A stretch of 64,000 nt of DNA from an uncultured Clostridia bacterium (lineage in GTDB: Bacteria; Bacillota; Clostridia; TANB77; CAG-508). The notes under the pieces were generated by a model that searched no databases, was not told where the DNA came from, and worked only from the letters and a program-made list of their open reading frames with translations. Made by a program: the position numbers and the translations under genes. Shown piece after piece: positions 28,919-38,900 of this stretch (the stretch's first letter is position 1; the number at the start of each line of letters is the position of its first letter). The stretch spans positions 1,789 to 65,788 of the forward strand of contig CALXQP010000020.1 in the NCBI GenBank assembly GCA_944390695.1. Reading direction: 5' to 3'.

Positions 28919-29938
28919 TTACAAATTCTTTCTTCTTAATTGTCCACAAGCTGCATCTATATCTGAACCTAGTTCTCTTCTTATAGTAGCAACAATACCA
29001 TGTTCATTCAAATAATCTCTGAATCTCATTATATTTTCATTTGAACTCTTAGTAAACTCACCATTTTCAATTTTATTTATTGGAATCAAATTAATATGAC
29101 ATATCATTCCTTTTAATAGCTTGCATAATCTTTTAGCATCTTCTAAATTATCATTATTATCTTTAGCTAATGCATATTCAAAAGAAATTCTTCTATTAGT
29201 TTTTTCAATATAATCTTTGCAAGCTTTTAAAAGCTCTTCAATTGGAAATGCATTATTAACAGGCATCATTTTACTTCTCTGTTCATTTGTTGTAGCATGT
29301 AAAGAAATTGAAAGGGTACATTGTATATTCTCTTCTGCCAACCTATAAATTCCAGGTACTAAACCACTTGTAGATATACTTATATGACGTGCTCCAATAT
29401 TTAAACCTTTAGGATTATTTATTATTCTAATTGCATTTACAACATTAGTATAATTATTTAAAGGCTCACCTATTCCCATAAATACTATATTTGATATGCG
29501 AATATTATTATCTCTTTCTACTGCAAGAATTTGTTCAACAATTTCTCCAGATGTTAAATTTCGTATAAAATTTATCCCTGTTGATGCACAAAATTTACAT
29601 CCCATCTTACATCCAATTTGTGATGACACACATAAACTATATCCATGATGATAACTCATTAAAACTGTTTCTATAGCATTTCCGTCTAAAACATCAAACA
29701 AATACTTTTTAGTTCCATCTGATGATTCTTGCTTTTTCAATATTTTAAAATTACACATTGTATAAATATTCTTTAATTTTTCTCTTAAATCTAATGACAG
29801 ATTTGTCATCTCATCAAAATCAGTTACCTTTGCTTCATATATCCACTTAAATACTTGCTCAGCTCTAAAAGGCTTTTCCCCTATTTTGATAAATTCCTCT
29901 TTTAAACTATCTAAATTATAATCTTTTATATTTTTCAT
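28919..29938 (-). CDS. rlmN: 23S rRNA/tRNA adenine C2-methyltransferase RlmN (radical SAM)
   Basis: 339 aa. The CKMGCKFCAS radical-SAM cluster motif and the conserved C-terminal Cys. Canonical neighbour of stp-prkC. Confidence 0.93.
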   Translation of the reverse strand: MKNIKDYNLDSLKEEFIKIGEKPFRAEQVFKWIYEAKVTDFDEMTNLSLDLREKLKNIYTMCNFKILKKQESSDGTKKYLFDVLDGNAIETVLMSYHHGYSLCVSSQIGCKMGCKFCASTGINFIRNLTSGEIVEQILAVERDNNIRISNIVFMGIGEPLNNYTNVVNAIRIINNPKGLNIGARHISISTSGLVPGIYRLAEENIQCTLSISLHATTNEQRSKMMPVNNAFPIEELLKACKDYIEKTNRRISFEYALAKDNNDNLEDAKRLCKLLKGMICHINLIPINKIENGEFTKSSNENIMRFRDYLNEHGIVATIRRELGSDIDAACGQLRRKNL

Positions 29939-29954
29939 TTTGTCTCCTCTTTTT

Positions 29955-30054
29955 TGTTAATTTGGTGCCGGTTCTCTTTTTGTCTTTTTCTCCCTGCGCC
30001 GCCCGGTTGGCTAGTTTGCGGTGTTTTGTTAATTTGGTGCCGGTTCTCTTTTTG
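29955..30054. repeat. Dispersed intergenic repeat family A (two direct cores)
   Basis: TTAATTTGGTGCCGGTTCTCTTTTTG at 29967-29992 and 30029-30054 flank tctttttctccctgcgccgcccggttggctagtttgcggtgttttg. Confidence 0.7.
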
Positions 30055-30059
30055 CCATT

Positions 30060-31289
30060 TTACTTTTTTCTTCTTAATATCCAATTCTCTTCACATCTAA
30101 TAGGCAACACCATTTTGACAACTTGCCCTTTTACACCTGGATTAACAACATCAATTTCTTCATTTGTTTCAGCATCCCATAAACCCTCTATTTTAAATTC
30201 AATTGGTTCTAGTTGGTGTGGAACTATTATTTCCATTATGTCTCCAACTTGTAATCTATTGCGTATTTCAATAATAGCTTTATCTCCGTCATATTTTAGA
30301 ACTTTACCACCAAATTGATATTTTTCATTATATTGATGTCCATCATATTCTTGAATATCTTTATTTTTTCTATCATTAAAATAAAATGTTGTTAATTCTC
30401 TTGTTTTAATTTTTTCAATTTCTTTCATGTATTTTTTTGCATCATAATTTTTTGGATCTCTTTTGTAATCATCAATTGCATTTCTATACACATTTACTAT
30501 ACTTGCAACATAATACTCTGTTTTTAAACGACCTTCTATTTTTAGACTATCTATTCCCATATCAATTATTTCAGGCAATTCATTTATTAAACATAAATCT
30601 TTTGATGAAAATATACTTGTTCCATATTCATTTGTTTCAATTGGCATAAATTCACCAGGATTATTTTTTTCTTCAGCATATAAATTATATGACCATCTAC
30701 AACTTTGTGCACAATCACCTAAATTCGCACTTCTACATGCTAAAAAATCACTTAAAAAGCATCTACCAGAAAAAGCAAAACATATTGCACCATGGATGAA
30801 TATTTCTATTTCCATATCATCTGGCTTATTTTCCATTATATATCTTAATTGCTCTTTATTCAATTCTCTTGCCATTATCATTCTTTTGGCAGCATTTTTT
30901 CGCCAGAAATTGCAATCATGTAAGCTTACTATATTTGCTTGTGTGCTTACATTTATAGCAACACTTGGTGCATATTGTTTTAAAACTTCAATTACTCCTC
31001 CATCTGCTGCAATAATACCATCTGGTTTTAATTCCTCTAATTTTTTTGCCATTTCAATTATTTCTTCATATTTCTCGTCCCAAGCAAATATATTTAATGT
31101 AACATAAATTTTTTTACCTATACTATGTGCATATTTAATTGTCTTTTCTAAATCATCATCTCCCATATCTGCTCTTGTTCTTAATGATAATGATGATGTA
31201 CCACAATATACTGCATCAGCCCCATAAAGATATGCAATTTTTGCTTTTTCATATGACCCTGCAGGTGCCAATAATTCTACTTCTTTCAT
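30060..31289 (-). CDS. Peptidase U32 family protein (collagenase-like)
   Basis: About 409 aa from MKEVELLAPAGSYEKA. Conserved U32 blocks (ELLAPAG, E..IHGA.C...SGRC.LS) and a C-terminal β-barrel extension. The start was chosen at the second ATG, which is 12 nt from SD AAAGGAA. Confidence 0.85.
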   Translation of the reverse strand: MKEVELLAPAGSYEKAKIAYLYGADAVYCGTSSLSLRTRADMGDDDLEKTIKYAHSIGKKIYVTLNIFAWDEKYEEIIEMAKKLEELKPDGIIAADGGVIEVLKQYAPSVAINVSTQANIVSLHDCNFWRKNAAKRMIMARELNKEQLRYIMENKPDDMEIEIFIHGAICFAFSGRCFLSDFLACRSANLGDCAQSCRWSYNLYAEEKNNPGEFMPIETNEYGTSIFSSKDLCLINELPEIIDMGIDSLKIEGRLKTEYYVASIVNVYRNAIDDYKRDPKNYDAKKYMKEIEKIKTRELTTFYFNDRKNKDIQEYDGHQYNEKYQFGGKVLKYDGDKAIIEIRNRLQVGDIMEIIVPHQLEPIEFKIEGLWDAETNEEIDVVNPGVKGQVVKMVLPIRCEENWILRRKK

Positions 31290-31420
31290 TTTATTAAAAA
31301 TTCCTTTCACTCATATATTTCTATTATTCAACATCTTTAGTTAACATATATATTCTATTACTTTTTCCCGATTTTTGCAAGTTTTTTGCTAAATTATTTG
31401 CCTATAGTATGGCTCCATAT

Positions 31421-31500
31421 TTCCCAATACGCAGGAATTTTGGGGTGAAAGTTATAGCTTGGAAGGCTTGGGAGGAAATTTCTAAAAAATACCGAAACTT
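31421..31500 (-). repeat. Solo arm of dispersed repeat family B
   Basis: Minus strand reads gtttcggtattttttagaaatttcctcccaagccttccaagctataactttcaccccaaaattcctgcgtattggg. This is about 80% identical to the arm of the 33194-33540 element. Confidence 0.6.
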
Positions 31501-31595
31501 AAAATTTGTTTATTGACTTTTTTTTATAGTTTTGATATTATAATATCATAATTATTACATTGTAAAATTCGTCACTAAATAGGAGGTATATACAA

Positions 31596-31862
31596 ATGTC
31601 AAAATTATTAAAAATTATTTTTATTTTAATATTAGTATTAATTATCACAGCTTCTTGTTCAAATGTATTTGCAGCTGTTGATATGAATTTAGGAAGTAAT
31701 AGTTCAACTACAGAAAATACACCTTCTTCAACATTATCTTCAACAGTTACAACTTCTGATTTTGATTTAGAATTAACTAATATTTTGTGTATTTGCCTAA
31801 TTGTTGTTGGTGTTTTACTAATTTTATTGGGAATCGCGATTTTAATAAGATTAAAAAGATAA
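31596..31862 (+). CDS. Hypothetical small secreted/membrane protein (signal peptide, S/T-rich, C-terminal TM + RLKR)
   Basis: 88 aa, SD AGGAGG. Same architecture as the 3079 and 15656 proteins. Confidence 0.5.
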   Translation: MSKLLKIIFILILVLIITASCSNVFAAVDMNLGSNSSTTENTPSSTLSSTVTTSDFDLELTNILCICLIVVGVLLILLGIAILIRLKR

Positions 31863-31867
31863 AATAA

Positions 31868-31890
31868 GAACCTAGGAAATCCCTAGGTTT
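31868..31890. terminator. Bidirectional terminator hairpin
   Basis: Stem GAACCTAGG-aaatc-CCTAGGTT followed by TTTTCTATTT. Sits between the convergent 31862 (+) and sleB (-) ends. Confidence 0.55.
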
Positions 31891-31892
31891 TT

Positions 31893-32570
31893 CTATTTAC
31901 AAAATCTATGTTTACCAATTGTAACAGTAAGAGGTCTTGACCAAATCCATTTATTAGTAGCAGTACTAGGATTAAAGTAGTATAATGCACCATATGATGG
32001 ATCCCAGCCATTTAAAGCATCTTGTGCTGCTTTTTTAGCAGTACTATCTGGAGTCAAATTTATTTGACCATCTGAAACGGCGTCAAATGCACCACTTTGG
32101 TATATTACGCCAGATATTGTATTTGGAAATTTACTACTTTTTACTCTATTCATTATAACTGCACCAACGGCAACTTGTCCAGTATATGGCTCTCCTCTAG
32201 CTTCTCCATATATTGCTCTTGCCAGCAAATTAACATTTGATGCATTATTTGTTGAACTTCCTCCTGAAGACGAATTACTTGTTATTCCCATTGCAGCTAA
32301 TGTTTTTGTACCTGCTATGCCATCTACAACAAGTCCATTTTTTTGTTGAAACTTTTTTACTGCTGACACTGTTTGAGTACCATATATTCCATCTACATTT
32401 CCATTATAATATCCCCATCTTTTTAATTTGTCCTGAATTGTTCTCACTTCTGTTCCTCTTGAACCATATTTAGATAATGCTTCAACATATCCATTTTGTA
32501 CTAATAATGTTGTTACATATGAAACAACTAATAACATTAAAATTAAAATTCCAATTATTTTTCTTCTCAT
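31893..32570 (-). CDS. sleB: Spore cortex-lytic enzyme SleB-like (PG_binding_1 + Hydrolase_2)
   Basis: 225 aa. Peptidoglycan-binding repeat LKRWGYYNGNVDGIYGTQTVSAVKKFQQKNGLVVDGIAG. SleB catalytic domain NLLARAIYGEARGEPYTGQVAVGAVIMNRV...GALYYFNP. Confidence 0.8.
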   Translation of the reverse strand: MRRKIIGILILMLLVVSYVTTLLVQNGYVEALSKYGSRGTEVRTIQDKLKRWGYYNGNVDGIYGTQTVSAVKKFQQKNGLVVDGIAGTKTLAAMGITSNSSSGGSSTNNASNVNLLARAIYGEARGEPYTGQVAVGAVIMNRVKSSKFPNTISGVIYQSGAFDAVSDGQINLTPDSTAKKAAQDALNGWDPSYGALYYFNPSTATNKWIWSRPLTVTIGKHRFCK

Positions 32571-32649
32571 AAAATCACCTTTTTATATAAAATTTATATT
32601 ATTTTATACAATTTTGGTGTTTTTATACATATTTATAAATTTATTAAAA

Positions 32650-33087
32650 TTATAAATTATTTATTGCATTACGAGCCATTTCATCACATCTATTATTAAA
32701 TTCATTATCAGCATGTCCTTTAACTTTTATAAACTCAACTTTATGTTTTTTAGTTAAATCATATAATTCTTGCCAAAGTTCTTTATTTTTAACAGGTTCT
32801 CCACTAGCAGTTTTCCAACCTTTTTTTATCCAATTATATATCCATCCTTGATTAAAAGCATTTACAGTATATGCACTATCACTATAAACCACAACTTCAC
32901 TTTCTACTTTCAAACATTTTAATGCTTCTATAACTGCTGTAATTTCCATAATATTATTAGTAGTTTGCTTCATTCCACCAGATATCTCTTTTTTAGCATC
33001 TTTGTACATAAGTATTGCTCCCCAACCTCCTGGTCCAGGATTTCCAGAACATGCACCATCTGTATAAATTATAACTTTTTTGTTCAT
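32650..33087 (-). CDS. rnhA: Ribonuclease HI
   Basis: 145 aa. The [15 protein letters not shown]-terminal motif and conserved DEDD catalytic residues. Confidence 0.9.
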   Translation of the reverse strand: MNKKVIIYTDGACSGNPGPGGWGAILMYKDAKKEISGGMKQTTNNIMEITAVIEALKCLKVESEVVVYSDSAYTVNAFNQGWIYNWIKKGWKTASGEPVKNKELWQELYDLTKKHKVEFIKVKGHADNEFNNRCDEMARNAINNL

Positions 33088-33193
33088 ACTTCCTCCAGAA
33101 TAAATAATTTTATTTAATTTGTATTTTTACATATTTTGTGATAAAATTATAACAGTAATTTAAAGATTTTTCAATATAAAACAAAATTTTAGT

Positions 33194-33540
33194 TACGGTA
33201 TTTTTTTGAATTACCCTCCAAGCCTTACCAAGGTATAATTCCCACTCTAAAATCCTTGCGTTTGATTGGAGGGAAAAAATAGAAAATGTTATCTAAACAG
33301 CTGAGGGATGTTCACGGAAAATCCTGAAATATATTACTCCTCCATGGCTGAATCATGCCAAGGTCTTCGTAAACATGCTCAGCCTTTGTCGAAGTAATAT
33401 ATTTCAGGATTTGGCCGGAGTGAAAGAGGCTCAGCTGTTTAGATTACATTTCCTTTTTTTACGTAATGAGCAGCAAGGATTTTAGAGTGGGAATTATACC
33501 TTGGTAAGGCTTGGAGGGTAATTCAAAAAAATACCGTAAC
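33194..33540. repeat. Palindromic MITE-like element (repeat family B): 68-bp perfect terminal inverted repeats enclosing an imperfectly palindromic core
   Basis: The left terminus gttacggtatttttttgaattaccctccaagccttaccaaggtataattcccactctaaaatccttgc is the exact reverse complement of the right terminus at 33472-33540. Internal inverted blocks include atctaaacagctgag / ctcagctgtttagat and atcctgaaatatattact / agtaatatatttcaggat. Confidence 0.7.
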
Positions 33541-33560
33541 AAAAAAATTAGGAGGTTTTC

Positions 33561-34799
33561 ATGAGTAATGTATTAGGAATTATATCTGAATATAATCCGT
33601 TTCATAATGGACATTTATATCATTTAAATGAATCCAAAAAAATAACAAATTCAGCTTATTTAATAGCTATAATGTCTGGAAACTTTACTCAAAGAGGAGA
33701 ACCTGCACTTATTGATAAATGGACCAGAGCAAAAATGGCATTAGAAAATGGTATAGATTTAGTAATTGAATTACCAACACTTTATTCTGTCTCAAGTGCT
33801 GAAAATTTTGCAAATGGCTGTATCAAGATTTTAGATTCACTAAATATTGTTGATTATATCTCATTTGGCAGTGAATGTAATGATATTACTATTTTAGATG
33901 ATATCGCAAGTGTTTTATATGATGAACCAGCTGATTATAAAACAATGTTATCACATGAATTATCTAAAGGTGTTTCATATCCTAAAGCAAGAGAAAAAGC
34001 TCTAATGTTATATTTAAATGATATAAGAAGATTTGCAAATATCCTTTCAGAACCTAATAATATTTTAGGAATTGAATATTTAAAAGCCTTAAAAAGGCAA
34101 AATAGCACTATACAACCTGTTACAATAAAAAGAAAAGATTCTTCACATAATGATAAATCTATTTCTGATTCTTCATCAATTGTAAGTGCTTCTGCTATCC
34201 GTAATACATGTATGTCAAGTGATATTTCTTTATTACAAAATGTTATGCCAATGTCATCATTTAAGCATTTAAGTAATAATATTAAAAAAGGGCATATAGT
34301 TAAAAATATATTTTCATATGATAAAGAAATTATTTATACTTTAAGGAAAATGTCAACATCAGAAATTGCTAATTTACCAGATGTGTCTGAAGGTCTTGAA
34401 TTTGCAATTAAATCTGCGGCAAATTCTTGTAATAGTGTTATAGAATTATTATCAATGATAGATTCTAAAAGATATACAAAAACCAGAATTCAGCGTATTT
34501 TAATTTATGCTATTTTAGGAATTACAAAAAAAGATATACAAATTTCTAAAAACATAAAACCATATATTAGAATTTTAGGATTTAATAATCGCGGAAGAGG
34601 TCTTCTAAGCGAAATTTCTAAAAGAAACCGTAAATTAGAAATTATAACATCTGTTAAAAAATTTATTGACAAAAATCCTAGCAAAAACTTAACTCTTTTA
34701 ATTGAAAAAGATATTTGGGCATCTAATGTTTATACTCTTGGATTTGAATACGAATCTAAAGCCAATTTAGATTTTACTGAAAAATTAATAACATATTAA
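33561..34799 (+). CDS. tmcAL: tRNA(Met) cytidine acetate ligase TmcAL (YlbM/UPF0348 nucleotidyltransferase)
   Basis: 412 aa. N-terminal GIISEYNPFHNGHLYHL HxGH-like nucleotidyltransferase motif, conserved across the family. Confidence 0.8.
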   Translation: MSNVLGIISEYNPFHNGHLYHLNESKKITNSAYLIAIMSGNFTQRGEPALIDKWTRAKMALENGIDLVIELPTLYSVSSAENFANGCIKILDSLNIVDYISFGSECNDITILDDIASVLYDEPADYKTMLSHELSKGVSYPKAREKALMLYLNDIRRFANILSEPNNILGIEYLKALKRQNSTIQPVTIKRKDSSHNDKSISDSSSIVSASAIRNTCMSSDISLLQNVMPMSSFKHLSNNIKKGHIVKNIFSYDKEIIYTLRKMSTSEIANLPDVSEGLEFAIKSAANSCNSVIELLSMIDSKRYTKTRIQRILIYAILGITKKDIQISKNIKPYIRILGFNNRGRGLLSEISKRNRKLEIITSVKKFIDKNPSKNLTLLIEKDIWASNVYTLGFEYESKANLDFTEKLITY

Positions 34800-34819
34800 T
34801 TATAAAAGGAGGATTTTAT

Positions 34820-35305
34820 TTGAAAGGAAAACATTTTAAAAAAGAAAATTCCATTTTTCCAAAATTTTTTATTTTAATATTTTTAATATTGCTAATTATA
34901 GCTATATTAATTATGTATAAAAAATTTATATATAATAAGGAAATTGTAAACACAACAAATGGTAACATTTCTAATGAAAACAATGAACCTAAAACTATTA
35001 ATAATATAAATTCAGAAATAGATTTACACAAAACTGTAGAAAATTGTGACTTTTTAGAAATAACAGGATTAAATATCACTTCACAAGATGAATATTATTT
35101 TATAAAGACTAACATAATAAATAACTCAAATGATCTTATTAATAATTTTGTTTTAAATATTTCTATTTTTGATAATAATAATAATTTAATTACTAAATTA
35201 TCTAATCCTGTTGAAGGTATTTTGCCCGGAGAATCTTTGCAAGCCTTTGGAGTCGTAAGAGAAGATCTTTCTAAAGCTCATTCTTATAAAGTGGAAAAGA
35301 ATTAG
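34820..35305 (+). CDS. Hypothetical membrane-anchored protein
   Basis: 161 aa. TTG start 8 nt from SD AAAGGAGG. One N-terminal TM, then an N-rich extracellular region. Confidence 0.45.
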   Translation: MKGKHFKKENSIFPKFFILIFLILLIIAILIMYKKFIYNKEIVNTTNGNISNENNEPKTINNINSEIDLHKTVENCDFLEITGLNITSQDEYYFIKTNIINNSNDLINNFVLNISIFDNNNNLITKLSNPVEGILPGESLQAFGVVREDLSKAHSYKVEKN

Positions 35306-35406
35306 AATTTTTTATTCTAATTCTTTTTAATGTAATATAAAAGTTATATTTCCATATTATATTAGAAGCTACAATCGTTAATCACTATAAATGATATATT
35401 CCTATT

Positions 35407-35850
35407 TTATATAGCTACATATTCTCCTATTATTTTAATCAAATATTTATCATGTATATACTCATAAGATTTACCTGTATCTGATCCAAAATCTTTTTTT
35501 TCTATTTCTAATGATAACTGCTCTTCATTTGCATTAATAAGTACTGCTTTTCCTGTTTCTTCATAATTTTTCTTTTTACTTTCATACTCTTCTTTATCTT
35601 CGAATTGTTCAAATATTTTTACTGCATTTAAAATATTATTTTCAAAAGAATATTCTATTACTTTATTATATGCTGAATTACATTTTATTACAAGTTTCTC
35701 TCCTTCTATTGTTCTCATATTATTATTTTCAGAATTGCTTATACATTTACTTACAAAATACATTCCAAAAAATATTATAATAATCATTAGTATTATTATG
35801 ACTATTTTTATGAAATTTATATTTTTCTTTTCCTCACTGTGTTTACTCAT
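35407..35850 (-). CDS. Hypothetical membrane-anchored protein (last gene of sortase cassette 2)
   Basis: 147 aa. N-terminal TM IVIIILMIIIIFFGMYFV and a charged C-terminal domain. Confidence 0.45.
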   Translation of the reverse strand: MSKHSEEKKNINFIKIVIIILMIIIIFFGMYFVSKCISNSENNNMRTIEGEKLVIKCNSAYNKVIEYSFENNILNAVKIFEQFEDKEEYESKKKNYEETGKAVLINANEEQLSLEIEKKDFGSDTGKSYEYIHDKYLIKIIGEYVAI

Positions 35851-35873
35851 TATTTATCTCCTATACTTTAAAC

Positions 35874-35900
35874 AAAAGAACAGGTAAAACCTGTTCTTTT
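35874..35900 (-). terminator. Intrinsic terminator after the giant adhesin gene
   Basis: Stem AAAAGAACAGG-taaaa-CCTGTTCTTTT followed by U-tract TTTTGTTT on the minus transcript. Confidence 0.6.
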
Positions 35901-35911
35901 GCTCTACATAA

Positions 35912-38900
35912 TTATCTTTCTATAAAATATCTTATAATTACACTATTATCAGTAATTTTTGTTGTATTATTTTGGTCTGCATTATAAGCATTTATATCAA
36001 AAGTTAATTGTTTAGTATTTGCATTATAAGCTACATAATTATTTGGTAGAGTTGAACAACTAAATAACTCTTCTCCATTATATTCAACAACTAATTTGTT
36101 TTCTGAATTTATCACTAAATTCTTTTCTAATTGAATTGTAATTTTTCCTGAAGTTGTTGTAACTGGTTTTTGAGGATTCATCTCTTCTTCTAAGTTTCTA
36201 AATATGTCTGCTAATGATTCTGCATCTTCTGCAGTTCTAACTTTTCCATCAGAAGATATATCTCCTAGAACTTCATAAGCATCTGAATCTGGGTCAATAG
36301 CATCTGAACCAAATCCTATTGAATAGATTGTTGCACTTCTCTTATTTTCTCCATCTTTTATTTTAGTAGCAGTGTTTGTAATATTATTTTTTGAGTTATC
36401 TTCATATCCATCAGTTCTAGTTGATGTTGGGTCTCCATCTCCTAAGAATATAACAACATTACTATTATTTGGATAAGTTGCTACAAGGCCATTATTTTTA
36501 TCATATATAACATCATAAGTTTTATCTAATGCTGCTTTTATATGTGTTCCATATCCTGAAGTAGCTGTTCCAATATCAATATTTCCTATTTCTGTTATTA
36601 AATCTTGATAATTTTTATTTGTTGCTGTAGTTTGGTCATTGTTTTTACCAAAAGTTAATACTCTTGTTCCAACATATTTGTTTCTATTACTTATTGATTT
36701 TTGGTTAAATGTTACAACAGTAATAGTTGCTTTAGAATCTGGATTTTTGTATACTTCTTTAATAAATTCTTGAGCTGCTTTTTTAGCTGCTTCTAATCTT
36801 GTTCCTTGTGATACATTTTTACCCCATATACCTGTACTCCATTGTTCTTCACATCCTTCAGGACAATACTCTCCCCACCAATTATAACTATGTTCATGTG
36901 TACATTTTACAAAAGTATAAATCTTTTCATTCATACTTGAAGATAGGTCTATTACTAATACTATATTATTAGCATCTTTTCCTTGTTCTCCTGGTTTTGT
37001 TCCTACTTCTACACCACTAATTTCATTTATTTTTGTTGTTACTTTATCTGTTTTATTTTCTGGTGTAGATGATGGTGTATCATCACTTAATTTGGCTGTA
37101 TTTTCAATTGTTTTACCAATTTGATCTGCATTTATTTTAACTGTAACTGTTAAATTAGTTATTCCATTATTTGCTGGAACTTCTATATTTGACCATGTAA
37201 CTACTCCATTTGCATATATACCACCATTATCTGATCTAACATATGTTACACCTTCTGGTAATATATCTGTAACTGTCGTTACTGTTCCTCTTGCTTTTCC
37301 AGTATTTGTTAATTTTATTGTATATGTTACTTCTTCTCCAACTTTTGCAGTCTTTGGAGCTAATTTTTCTATACTAATATCTGGTTTTCCATAATATACT
37401 CTAATTATATTATTTGCTGGATCTGCTGATATTGTCAAAGGTGTTCCTTCTATTCTATCTAATTGATATCCATTTGGCATATTTGATGTATCAATATCTT
37501 CAGCATTTATTTGACTTCCTAATAATGCTTTTAGACCTTGGCTTGTTTCAAATGGTTCTGTTTCTCCATCTTTATAATATTCTACAGTATAAGAAATTTC
37601 ATCTTTTACATAATATACTTCTATTATATTATTTTCTGGATTTGATGTTATTGTTAAAGGTGTTCCTTCTATTCTATCAAGTTTATATCCTGCTGGCATA
37701 TTTGATGTATCAACATCTTCTGCATTTATTTGGCTTCCAAATAATGCTTTTAGATCTTGATTTACTTCAAATGGTTCTGCTTCTCCATCTTTATAATATT
37801 TTACTGTATATGAGAATTCATCTCTTATATAATATACTTCAATGATATTTCGAGTTGGATCTGCTGTTACTTTTAGTGGTAATCCACTTGTTTTGTCAAA
37901 CTTATATCCATCTATATTTTTATCTGTATATGTACTAATAATAGAATCAAATTCTGCTTTTAAATTATCAGTTTTACTATCATCTTGAATTCCATCATAA
38001 TAGTACTTAACAGTATAATCTATCATTGCTTTTTCATAATAGAAATTGATTTCATTTCCTTCTAATTTTACTGTTATTGTTTGTTCTGTTGGATCAACTT
38101 TGTTATATCCAGGTATTTCTATTGCACTTTCTGTTATTTCACTATTAAATACTAATCCTGTTAATTCTTTGCTTTCTGCTAATTTTGTTGTTGTATCTTT
38201 TAAATAGTAATTTACTATTCCTGTTAATCCTGTTACTGGTGTATAGTAGAAGTTTATTTCATTTCCTTCTAATCCTACTGTTATTGTTTGTTCTGTTGGG
38301 TCAACTTTTTCATATCCAGGTATTTCTATTGCACTTTCTGTTACTTGGCTATTAAATACTAATCCTGTTAATTCTTTGCTTTCTGCTAATTTTGTCGTTG
38401 TTCCTTCTAAGTAGTAATTTACTATTCCTGTTAATCCTGTTACTGGTGTATAATAGAAGTTTATTTCATTTCCTTCTAATCCTACTGTTATTGTTTGTTC
38501 TGTTGGATCAACTTTTTCATATCCAGGTATTTCTATTGCATTTTCTGTTACTGTGCTATTAAATACTAATCCTGTTAATTCTTTGCTTTCTGCTAATTTT
38601 GTTGTTGTATCTTTTAAGTAGTAATTTACTATTCCTGTTAAATCTGTTCTTGGTTCATAGTAGAAATTAATTTCATTTCCTTCTAATTCTACTGTTATTG
38701 TTTGCTCTATTGGAGCTAACTTATTATATCCAGGAATATCTATTGCACTTTCTGTTACTGTGCTATTAAATACTAATCCTGTTAATTCTTTACTTTCTGC
38801 TAATTTTGTTGTTGTGTCTTTTAAATAGTAATTTACTATTCCTGTTAAATCTGTTCTTGGTTCATAATAGAAATTGATTTCATTTCCTTCTAATTTTACT

